Assembly: GCF_964355755.1 (NCBI RefSeq)
Contig: NC_092670.1
Coordinates: forward strand, 34,398,388 to 34,462,387
From: Antedon mediterranea
Taxonomy: Eukaryota; Animalia; Echinodermata
Length of the DNA: 64,000 nucleotides
Direction: 5' to 3'
Part shown: piece after piece, positions 51,618 through 62,082 of the stretch
Position numbering within the stretch: position 1 is the stretch's first letter
Layout of the letters: every line of letters begins with the position of its first letter
Translations under genes and position numbers: made by a program
Notes under the pieces: generated by a model
Database searches by the model: none
The model's input: the letters and a program-made list of their open reading frames with translations, nothing else
What the model was told of the DNA's origin: nothing

Positions 51618-53348
51618 TTAATGGGCTGAAGGCAGTCGTCCACTGTCGGATTTCTTTTTTTCATTGGTCATGTTGTTAAAGTTATAGCCATAACATTCAT
51701 TTGTAAAAAGCTCCTTTATATTTGTAGGCCTAATATTTACCTTTTGTGGTTCCGTATCTGCTTGCTTCGCTCTAACAACTACTTTCCCTTGTCTACTTGT
51801 TTCAAGTTGTTTTACTGTTGTGTTCCATTTCGTAAATTTAGACAATTCTTCGTCTGGACTCACAGCTGCTACCTGTCTTCTCCTGGGACGATGATCATGA
51901 TCCAGTTTAATACTATAATATATATCCTCAGGTTGTTCCACTTTTGTATCTTTCTTTGTAGATTTGGAGGATTCATTTTCTGCTGACTTTAGCTTCATAT
52001 TCTCAGTCTGTCTACTCCGGGGTCTACTCACAGAAGGTTGATCGTCGTTAATGCTGTAATATATGTCTTCAAATTGTGTTACTTTTGTATTTTTCTTCGT
52101 AGATTTGAATGGTTCATTATCTGCTGACTTTTCTCTCATTTCTTCTACCTTTCTACTTGTTGAAGGTTGGTCATCTTTAATGTCATGTACGTCAGGTGTT
52201 TTCTCATTTTGAATTACAGTGTTTGACATTTTTGACCTTTTATGTATGTAAAGTAATAAAAATGCAGCAAACAGAAAGAGAATTCCAGTTGTAGTTGCAA
52301 GAATTTGAATGATTACATCTTTATCGTAGTTGACTTGGTTGTAATTTCTCGGTACAGCATCTGTTTGGTCGTTGAAAATGACTGTTTTATCCAGTGGCAC
52401 ATCATTTACTGTGAATTCTACAGACTCTGAGGTATGTTGATTGTCACTACTCACCAGACATTGCACAGTGTAATGACCAGCGGACAATCCTTTAAAGCAC
52501 ATCTCAGTGCCAGTAGCATCCATGTTACCCTTTCCATTCAATTTCCAGTTGTAAGTCTTTTTACCAACTCCAACCGTAGCTAAACAATAAAAACAGTGTT
52601 CGTCATCAGTATCATTGTTCAAAGTCTTGATTTTTGCCATTAATTGTGGGTAAACCTTTAGAATTATAGCACTGCACTCATTTCTATAATACCACATTCC
52701 CACTCGAAAAATACAATAAAAGAAAATACCATCTCCCGATTGGAAGCCTTCTAATGTGTAGTTTAACCTTACGGTCTCTGAGGCATTGTATACATAATAA
52801 TACTGTGTAATTTTGTGTGATCCTTGGATCCATCCACTTGTTATTTCATGTGCGTTGTCGTCGTACGACCACGACCACGTACGTATCAGCGTACACGCAG
52901 TTATTACTTCTTCGCCCTCTATAATATACGGTTTTAAATCTTCACAGGCAATTTCCCAGTTGAGAAATTCTTGAGATGTACCTCCATATTTGTCACTTGA
53001 AGTAATCATAAAGTGTTGATTATCCTTATTTTGACATGTGTATATTCCTTCATCATTTTTCTTATTGAAAGATAGAAAGTACTGACAGTTTACTGTCAAG
53101 TTTTGTTCGTGAAATAGTTTGTAGTAATATGCTGATGTATAGCTACTAACGATGTAATTTAAAACGTGTCCAGTTAAGTTGTACGTTATTTGTGATGGTA
53201 TTATATTTAGTACATGTTGCGGATGACTATAAGATGAAATGTAAAAATCAAACTTAATAATCTCTTCTTCTGCAGTTACATATTTCAATATTAGCATACA
53301 GATCGCAGGAAGACACAGATTAAAACACGACATAGTTTGGACAACCAT
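51618..53348 (-). CDS. Array member C: intronless type I membrane protein, 3 Ig-like domains, Tyr-motif tail (576 aa)
   Basis: Signal peptide; DEGIYTC; IEGEEVITAC..W..GDGIFFYC; CFYC..YNWKLNG..GHYTVQC; TM; EDIYYSI x2; ELFTNECYG. Confidence 0.88.
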   Translation of the reverse strand: MVVQTMSCFNLCLPAICMLILKYVTAEEEIIKFDFYISSYSHPQHVLNIIPSQITYNLTGHVLNYIVSSYTSAYYYKLFHEQNLTVNCQYFLSFNKKNDEGIYTCQNKDNQHFMITSSDKYGGTSQEFLNWEIACEDLKPYIIEGEEVITACTLIRTWSWSYDDNAHEITSGWIQGSHKITQYYYVYNASETVRLNYTLEGFQSGDGIFFYCIFRVGMWYYRNECSAIILKVYPQLMAKIKTLNNDTDDEHCFYCLATVGVGKKTYNWKLNGKGNMDATGTEMCFKGLSAGHYTVQCLVSSDNQHTSESVEFTVNDVPLDKTVIFNDQTDAVPRNYNQVNYDKDVIIQILATTTGILFLFAAFLLLYIHKRSKMSNTVIQNEKTPDVHDIKDDQPSTSRKVEEMREKSADNEPFKSTKKNTKVTQFEDIYYSINDDQPSVSRPRSRQTENMKLKSAENESSKSTKKDTKVEQPEDIYYSIKLDHDHRPRRRQVAAVSPDEELSKFTKWNTTVKQLETSRQGKVVVRAKQADTEPQKVNIRPTNIKELFTNECYGYNFNNMTNEKKKSDSGRLPSAH

Positions 53349-54092
53349 TACAACTTATAAGTAGAAACTAAACTTGTGAAAAACATACGTACTGTTGTTA
53401 CGAAAGCTTGTTTTGGCTCCATGGTGTCAGAAAAAGAAAAAGAAAGTAAATAAGTTTTGTTTTTAGGCTACACATTCAGTTTTGAATTTTGATTTTTTTT
53501 CAACTTCTATAATCAATGCCGTCACTCACAGCCAATCAGACTGGTTGTTAAACAAGTAGGCTCATTGTATAAGCTTATACATTTTACTCTTGGATTAATA
53601 TAGTAATGGGTATAAGAAAAACAGCCACTATTGACCAAATATCTTTTTAAAGAAGTTTTCTTTTAAGTACATTTGTCAGTTATTAGAGTAAGATACATCT
53701 TATTACTCGAACTGATTACAAAAAATCAGTAATGCATATATATATATATATATATAGTCTTACTATAGCACCACATTTTTCTAAATATCAATGCGTCGAA
53801 ATTTATATTTTAAAAAGCGCAACAATATTCTTATATTTTTTCACATAATGTAACATATGAAATGCAATGGGGACTTCATCAATATTCAGGGTATGTAATT
53901 TGAATCAAGCTTTAAAAATGCCAACTCACCCACCGAGATACGGTAGTTTGCTCAAAACAAACTTTTGGGTGATAACACAAATTTAATTATGATTCCTTCC
54001 AACTCATACGCACAAATATTTATTTAAAAAAAGAAAAATAACAATGCTACTAACCATACATTATAGTGACCAATGCAATTGTCATCGGCACT

Positions 54093-55920
54093 TTATATCT
54101 TATTGCAATATAATCGTGTTGCTTTGATGGGCTGGAGATAATCATCCACTTCTGATTTTTCATCTTCTGATATTATTTCTAAGTAACCATCATAATTGTC
54201 ATTAGCTTTATATATTTTATCGCTATATAGCTGTACTGTTTTGATATGCTGGAGGTAATCATCCACCTTATCTTCTAGTTTCTCTGTTCCATGTGTTTGG
54301 GATTCATTGATCACATTGAAGCTACACCCATAGCATTCATTTGTAAACATCTCACTGTGCTGTGTGTTATTTGTATGCCTATCATATACTGTGGATATGT
54401 GATGTTCGTTTTGTAGGCCTACTTGCTTTGCTCTCACTATTCTCATAAGTCTCCTGGTTAAAGGTTTATTCACATCGTCTTCAATGCTATGATATACGTC
54501 TTCCGGTTGTCCAACGTTTGCAATTTTCTTCGTAGACTGAAATGGTTTTGTATCTGTTTGCTTAGACCTCACCACTTCCATTTGTATACTTGTTGATGCT
54601 TTTCCATTTTTCTTTTCAAATTTGCATGGTTCATCTCTTGTCTTAGTAGGTCTCACGTCCTCTCCATCTCTAATTGTTGAACGTTGATCATCTGTAATTT
54701 CATGTACATTTACTGTTCTTTCATTTTTCATTACAGTTTTTGACAGTTTACCTCTGATTGTTTTCAGTATATAAAACAATAAAAGTAAAACAAATATCAG
54801 CATCATTCCAGTTGTAGTTGCAAGTATCATAATGATTAAATCTTTATCGTGGTTGGCTTTTTTGAACTTCTGAGATGTATCCAGTGTTGAATTTGTTGGT
54901 ACAGCATCTATTCGATCGTTTTCCGTTGTCGCTTCGTCTGTTGTTGGTATACCGTTATCACAGGAACTCGTGTTTGTCTCTGTTGGAATGATAACATGTA
55001 CTTCAAATTCTACAGAATCTGAGGTATGTTGATTGTCACTACTCACCAGACATTGCACAGTGTAATTACCAGCGGACAATCCATTAAAGCACATCTCAGT
55101 CCCAGTATCATCCATGTTGCTTTTCCCATTCAGTGTTCCAGTTGTAAGTCTTTTTACCAACTCCAACTGTAGCTACACAATAAAAACATTGTTGTTCTCC
55201 ACCAGTATCTTTTTTCGAAGTCTTGAGTGTTGCTTTTAATTTTGGATAAACCTTCAAAATGATTGTATAGCACTCACTTTTAATTGAACTAGGATATTCA
55301 ATATCGGCAAAACAATAAATGAATATACCATCTCTTGGTTGAAAACCTTTAAAAGTTTGTTTATGATACATTGTTGTCACAGTGGTATTGAGATTATAAG
55401 ACTGTGTGATCTTGTGTGACCCTTGGATCCATCCAAATGTTATTTCATATGAAGAGTCGTCAAAGGAATACCTACGTTTCAGTTTGCATGTAGTTATGTT
55501 TTCATCTCCCTCTATAATGTACTCTGCTAAATTTTCACAACCAATTTCTATATTGTTAGTTAAATAATTGGGTGTAATTACATGTATATCACCTGAAGTA
55601 ATCATAAAATGTTGATTATCCTTATCTTGACATGTGTATATTCCTTCATCATTGTTGTTATTGAAAGATAGAAAGTAATGACAGTCTACGGCTTTTTGAT
55701 CGGAAATTCGTTTGTAGTAATATGATAATGTTTGGGTATTAACGATATAGCTTAAAACTTGTCCAGTTAGGCTGCAAGTTTTGTTTGATAGTATGATATT
55801 TAGAGGTTGATCCCCAGAATCCCAAAAATGTAAATCAAACACAACAAGATTTTCTTCAGTAATAAAATTTCTGACAATCAGCAAACTGATAATCACAAGA
55901 TAAAGATTCAAACACAACAT
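54093..55920 (-). pseudogene. Array member D: single +1 frameshift splits an ~608-aa receptor
   Basis: TGG-A-ACA-CTG-AAT-GGG at about 55136; deleting one A joins ORFs 55108-55920 and 54093-55166 colinearly with member C. A sequencing error is possible. Confidence 0.75.
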
Positions 55921-56118
55921 CGTGTTCGTAGAACAATTACAACGTATGAGCAGTTTATATTTTAAAAACTTGGATAAACATACGTACTGTTACGAAAGCT
56001 TTTAATATACAATAATTTCTTGGCTTCATGGTATCAGAAATAGAAAGTACAGCAGTTTTGTTTTTACAAATTTGGTTATTATTTTACACATAAAGCCTGT
56101 TTGCTTGGGTCTCACTAC

Positions 56119-56234
56119 TATTACGGCCATAACTGCGTTGAAACATCGGTTCTCGTAAAAGCACCGAAGTTAAGCTTGGACCCGGTTGCGTTCTGGATGG
56201 GAGACCGTCTGGGAATCGCGGCGGGTGCTGTATA
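56119..56234 (+). pseudogene. Degenerate 5S rRNA-derived sequence (pseudogene or SINE3 head)
   Basis: TACGGCCATA..TCTCGT..CGAAGTTAAGC..TGGATGGGAGACCGTCTGGGAAT..GGGTGCTGTA matches the 5S layout with many substitutions; no poly-T terminator. Confidence 0.75.
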
Positions 56235-56551
56235 TACCACAGAGTTATGGTATAATGATAATATCGGACAAGCATACCAAAACTATCAATATGCCTATAA
56301 TCCGAAATTCCTCAGTTTCCAGTTAAGCTTGAGGACCAGAATAAACACATTTTTTTTAACTACTTTCGTCAGTATACTTTCATTAATACTGGTATATACA
56401 TCTTCAGTCTGTTCTATATTAAGTTCTATCGGAAATTATGACTTTGGTGTAACAGCTTTTGCCTTTTTATTTGTTAAAGGTTGTCACAGATGTTTTTTTA
56501 TGGTTAGTTAATTTTGTATATTCTATCGCATATGGTACACTACTGGTCAGT

Positions 56552-58822
56552 TTATACTCTCGTCTCGTATATTTTATTGCTATAAAGCATTGTTGTTTTG
56601 ATGGGCTGGATGTAGTCATCCACTCTACAGTCGGATTTCTCATGTTCGCATAATTGAGATTCATTTGTTATATTGCCACAGCCATGAAATTCACTTTTAA
56701 GTAGCTCATGTTTCCGGATTTTATTTTTACTAGTTACTTTTTGCAGGTTAGGTCGCTCATCTGATACCGTAGCCACTTTGCAACATGGTTGATCATCTTC
56801 ATATTTAATGCTGTAATTGTATACGTGTTCAAGTTGTTCTACTTTTATATTTTTCTTCGTATATTTAGACGATTCAATATTTGCTAGGTCGTCCATTACC
56901 ACTTCCGTCTGCCTACTTGTTGAACATTCATAACTCTCGTCCTCGTCTTCAGATTCTATGTTTGTATTTATCTTGTGAAATGTGGATGATTTGTTAATTG
57001 GCTTCAGCCTCACAGTCTGTCTAAATTTTGAATTTTCATCATCTTCAATGCTGTAATAGATTTCTTCGTGTTCTACTACTTTCAAATTTTTCTTCGTAGA
57101 TTTAGACGAATCATTATTCGCTTGTTTTGGTTTTACAACCTCTCCTTGTCTAATTGATGATGTCTGATTATCATCATCTTTAATGCTATAATATATATCT
57201 TCACATTCTTCTATTTTAGTATTTTCCGTCGTAGACTCATTATCTGATGAGCTTAGCCTCATATCCAGTCTACTCGATGAATGTTCATTATCTGTTTGAT
57301 TAGTTCTCACGAATTTCGCTTGTCTATTTGTTGAACGATGATGATCATCATCATCTTTAATGGCATGTAGTACGTTTGTGTGTTGATTTACCTTTGTTTT
57401 GTCATTTTGCATTACAGCGATTGACTTTTCCTCATGAAATCGTTTCAGTACAAAAAGTAATACACACAAAACAGATAGCAACAAGATTCCAAGAATTATG
57501 ATGCTTAAATCTTTTAAATAGTGATCACAATTGACTTCGCTGAAATGCCGAGATGTATCCGTTCGATGGTTAACAGTTATCGTTTTGTCTGTTGCCATAC
57601 CGTCATCTCCAGAGCTCGTTTGTGTCTTTGTTGTATCCCTTACTTCATCTTCCACAGTATTTGATGTACGGTGGTTGCCAGTTTCGGTTTTTGTTGTTGC
57701 TATACCGTAATTCCTAAAGCTCGTTGGTTTTCTTGTTATATCATTTACTCGAACTTCCACAGTATTCGTTGTGTGCGAATTTGAAGTACGATGCTTGTCT
57801 GTTGCTGTTTCCTCTGTTGCCATTGCATAATCCCATGAAGTAGTTGTTCTCTCTGTTTGTATAATATTATTGGTTACTTTAAATTCTACAAACTCAGATG
57901 TATGATGATTTGCAGTAATCGCAAGACATGTAACAATGTAATTACCAGGAGACAGTCCATTAAAGCACATTTTGGTGCCAGTATTATCCACTATGCCCTT
58001 TCCATTTAAAGTCCAGATATACGTTGGTCTATTTTGGCCAACTCTAACCGTTGCTACACACGAAAAGCATTGTTCGTCGCCGGTGTCCAAAGACTTGATA
58101 TTTACGACTAATTGTGGGTAAACCTTTAAAATTATTGCATAGCACTTTTTACTTGTACGGTACTTGGATGAAGGATAACAATAAAAGAATATACCATCTC
58201 CAGATCGAAAGCCTATAAAACTTTGATTAAAACTCACTGTGACCGAGGTATTATGCAAATAGTAAGAACGTGTAATGTTATGTGATCCTTGAATCCATCC
58301 AATTGTGATTTCAGTTGCAAGGTTGTTGTCGTTCACACGATATGAACTATAATATTGCAGCTTACATGTGATTGTTATTTTTTGTCCCTCTATAATGTTA
58401 TCAACAAAGTCTTCACAGAGAATTTCCCATTCATTGTGAATCAAATTTATTGTTCCATACACGTTACCTAAAGTAATCATAAAGTGTTGATTATCCTCAT
58501 TCTGACATGTGTATATTCCTTTATCATTGTTATTATTGAAAGATATAAAGTATTGACAGTCTACAGCTTGAAAGTTTTCTTCATAAAATGTTTTGTAGAA
58601 ATATAATAGGCCTTCTGTATAACTTTTAACGATATAGCTTAAAACTTGTCCATTTAAGCTGTACGTTTTATGTGATTGTATGATATTTATTCGTCTGTCT
58701 ATTCCAGAGTTCATAAAATGCAAATCAAACTTAACAAGCTGTTCTTTGGAAGTTACATACTCGATACACATTAAACTGATCACAAGAAGACACAAATTAA
58801 AATACGACATGGTTCGAATCAT
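56552..58822 (-). CDS. Array member E: intronless type I membrane protein, 3 Ig-like domains, repeated Thr-rich stalk, long Tyr-motif tail (756 aa)
   Basis: Signal peptide; the same three Cys/Trp-patterned domains; 3 stalk repeats; TM; EDIYYSI, EEIYYSI, EHVYNYSI, DDYIQP, NKIY. Confidence 0.88.
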   Translation of the reverse strand: MIRTMSYFNLCLLVISLMCIEYVTSKEQLVKFDLHFMNSGIDRRINIIQSHKTYSLNGQVLSYIVKSYTEGLLYFYKTFYEENFQAVDCQYFISFNNNNDKGIYTCQNEDNQHFMITLGNVYGTINLIHNEWEILCEDFVDNIIEGQKITITCKLQYYSSYRVNDNNLATEITIGWIQGSHNITRSYYLHNTSVTVSFNQSFIGFRSGDGIFFYCYPSSKYRTSKKCYAIILKVYPQLVVNIKSLDTGDEQCFSCVATVRVGQNRPTYIWTLNGKGIVDNTGTKMCFNGLSPGNYIVTCLAITANHHTSEFVEFKVTNNIIQTERTTTSWDYAMATEETATDKHRTSNSHTTNTVEVRVNDITRKPTSFRNYGIATTKTETGNHRTSNTVEDEVRDTTKTQTSSGDDGMATDKTITVNHRTDTSRHFSEVNCDHYLKDLSIIILGILLLSVLCVLLFVLKRFHEEKSIAVMQNDKTKVNQHTNVLHAIKDDDDHHRSTNRQAKFVRTNQTDNEHSSSRLDMRLSSSDNESTTENTKIEECEDIYYSIKDDDNQTSSIRQGEVVKPKQANNDSSKSTKKNLKVVEHEEIYYSIEDDENSKFRQTVRLKPINKSSTFHKINTNIESEDEDESYECSTSRQTEVVMDDLANIESSKYTKKNIKVEQLEHVYNYSIKYEDDQPCCKVATVSDERPNLQKVTSKNKIRKHELLKSEFHGCGNITNESQLCEHEKSDCRVDDYIQPIKTTMLYSNKIYETRV

Positions 58823-59869
58823 TATAACTCGTTAGCCGTTCCAAAAAATTGTTACCAAAGCTTACGTGATGATTCCTTTTCGTGTTCATCGTTAGATATG
58901 AAAGTACGCTTCTAAACTACTTTAACTATATTGGCTTAAATTTCACATGATAAGCAATCAGAAATAGAAAGTAGTCATGTTTACAGATCTTTTATCTTTA
59001 TTCATATACTGTTATTGTCTTAAATCAAAATAAAAAATCTACTAAATTATACAGTATTATCATATGTATATAGATAACTGTACAGGTGGCGCTATATTGT
59101 GTTCAAAATAGAGAAACAATCTGTAGAGAGAAATTCGGATTTGTCCAAACTGTAAAAAATTCTGTCCAGGATGCCATAGTAAACTTAAACAGTCATGTAA
59201 ATACAAAAGGATCGATATTTGCAAATTCTTTTGACAAAATCACTGGCCAAAACATTACTTTTTTAAAATTCGATTATTATCGTCAAAAAGAATAAGTTCG
59301 AAGTGTGTCCATTTTTTGACAAAATATTGATTGTTATGCGCTAACATTGCATCATCAATTTATGATGCCATAGTAACTAATTGCTATAACCTAGAAGGTG
59401 GGATAAGGTGTGTAGTTCAGATAGATTATACTGTACATGATTACTAAATATCCAGAGAGGTTTAGGACAATTCTTAGGGGAGGGGGAAATAGCAATTGTA
59501 TACACATGCCTGGATGATGGTAATCAGCACTTATTAACATTCAGTGTTACATACGGTACATGATTACTAAATATCCAGAGAAGTTTAGGAACATTCTTAG
59601 GGGAGGAGGAAATAGCAATTGTATACAAACCGTAGAATGTAAGAGTTTGTGTACCATACTGGTGAATCATTCTAAAGGTTTACCAACAATTTGAAACTTT
59701 GAAAAGACACTGATGGTAGCGAACATTGCAGTGTGGCGGTTAGAGAATTTGATAAAAGACGTCTAATTTGAATGGAAATGGAAATGAAAAGATACGTTAT
59801 AGTGTCTGATGAATTTGTACAACTTTTAATAAACTTAATTTCTTTCGAATTTTAAAAGTAAAAACAACA

Positions 59870-61784
59870 ATGAACTCTAGTGATGTTGGCGTGTCAACAG
59901 AGAACATGGTGACCGGCACTTATCGAACAAAATGTAACTCGTCAAACGATATATTGAGCATATTCAATTACGATGAATATTTAAAAGATGTTGTCATTAT
60001 AATACTTGGAATCCTGTTGCTGGTTGTTATTATTGTATTGCTTGGTGTACTGAAAATATTCTACAATAATAAATCAAAAATGGGAATCAAGAACAAAACA
60101 AAAGTCAAACACCGAAGAGACGGCTTTACAGCAGATGATGAAGATCAACCTTCTCTAAGGAAACATAGGCCTACAGAAGCATTGCGATTAAAGCAAACAA
60201 ATAAGAAACCTCTCTCACAGAAAGTAGGCCTAAATAGTAGGCATATAAATCAAACAGAACAAGTTGAGCTATTTACAAATGATTGTTACGGCCACAGAGG
60301 CGCAGCCAGCAAAGAATTAAAGGGGGGGTCAACCAAATATGTGAGTATTTTGCGAGCGAAGCGAGCAACCATGGGCTGGGGGCCAGGGGGCCGCCAAGGG
60401 CCCCCGGTCGGGGTCCAGGGTCCAAGCTTTGGCGGTCTAGCGCAATCTAGATCATTTGAATCGGTTTACGCACACACAAATATGACAATGTTAACACTAA
60501 TAAACTGAAACAAAGAAAACAAAAAACAACTCTCATTTTCATTACAGAAAATTTTTATATTCCAGGCTGCCACAGACAAACACTTTTTTTCTTGCTTGTT
60601 TGTTGATTTGTGTAGAGAGGCTGTAAACTCAGAGGAGGAATTATTTGAATTCCTCCCTTTTCACCATACAAAAGTTGCATGAAATGAACGTAGAGTTACA
60701 AAAGTTTGAAAAAATAAATTAGAATGATAGCATGGAGTGATATTATTAAATGAGAACCGTAAGTTTAGAGTTCATACACTGTGCAAGTCCAAGAAGCTAT
60801 CTTGGCTCCGTGTGTATGTGAGACGCTTATCATACCCAGTACATACAATATTTTGTTTAAAAATATACCTATTTTGTTCGAATGTATAGTATAGGTGATA
60901 GCTTATACATAATTGTAATAACTAACTTCTAAATTATTATCATACATTTTACGTTAGTTACTATAACGGCGCTCTAGACATCGCGTGATGCATCTTTAAA
61001 CACATAAGTTTGGAACATTCTTCTTGGCTTGGAGACAGAATTCGCGAATGACATTCTCTGTATTAATGTTCATGTTAAAGTGTATGTTCATGAGGCACAG
61101 TCCCGAAAGCTGCTCATAAGACATGTGATTTCGCAAACAGGTTTTCGTTCTCCACAACGTCGAAAAACTCCACTCAGCTTCAGCAGACGTTACGGGCATA
61201 GGCCTACGCGATTAGAAGAAGTGCACGCACATTCGGGAACACATCTGGATCCGCTAATTTTACACAGTCGCTTCCATCACTGAAGCTCGGAATGAAGATG
61301 TTCGTGTCTTGGCAGATCATCGTACCAAATTCAAGTTCCTTGAAGACTTCTTCAACATTACACTTCACGATAGACTCGGGTGCTACGCCAAATATTTTAA
61401 AGCATGGCCTGTTATCGGCAGAAAAACGGGTTTTTAACTCGGTTTGTAAATGATCAAGAAGTTGATTTGGTAATACTGCTCGGTAGTAATCTTCCACAGT
61501 ATCTCCAGGATGATTTGATCTGTATTGTTGTCTCATGTTTTTATTTATTTTTTTCTTTAAAAAAAGGGAGGGTCAGGACCCCGTGACCCCCCCCCCCCCT
61601 CCCCCCACTTGCTGCGCCCCTGGGCCACACTAGTTTCAATGTAACCAATGAATCTCAAATAAATGAAAAGGAGTCGGACTACATGCAACACATTGAAAGA
61701 ACGCAGAGAAATAACAATATAATATATAGTACAGATGACAACAACGATGATGATTATGATTATGTAAATATAAATATGGCCTAA
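59870..61784 (+). pseudogene. Array member F: ectodomain-less TM + tail ORF interrupted by a hAT element
   Basis: ORF runs to ELFTNDCYGH, then resumes in frame after 61622 as TSFNVTNES..SDYMQH..IIY..DYDYV..* (stop 61782-61784). Decayed ectodomain upstream (IVYTCLDDGNQH about 59495; IILKVY about 59666). Confidence 0.7.
60295..61622 (-). mobile_element. Internally deleted hAT DNA transposon
   Basis: TIR CAG(A/G)GGCGCAGC; dimerisation-domain remnant PVTSAEAEWSFSTL..KT.LR..M...LSGL.L..IH on the minus strand; flanking duplication GGCCA. Confidence 0.85.
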
Positions 61785-62082
61785 TCATGATTATGGTATG
61801 CAGTCTATCTATTATATTTGAAAGTGAATTAGCACATCTTTTAAGAGTAGGCATCGGCGAAGATAATTCTCGCAAGTGCAAGAAAAATAGTAGATTCAAT
61901 TGTATACTTTCACATTAAACTAAACAATACAACAATTTGTGAAGTTCTTTAATTAATCGCTATATAAACCATTCTCAATTTTGACGCAAGAAATCGTTTA
62001 AAATATATAATATAAATAATATTACGTCAGTATTATTTTGATACATATTACATTTTTATATTTCATACAGTAAACGTAAACA

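Noticed and set aside
51890-57200. Calling the DIYYSI motifs ITIMs or ITAMs
   Set aside because: The Y-2 residue is acidic rather than S/I/V/L, and the motifs are about 45 aa apart rather than 6-12.
59429-59628. ~75-bp direct repeat
   Set aside because: Local duplication within the decayed ectodomain of member F; no independent function evident.
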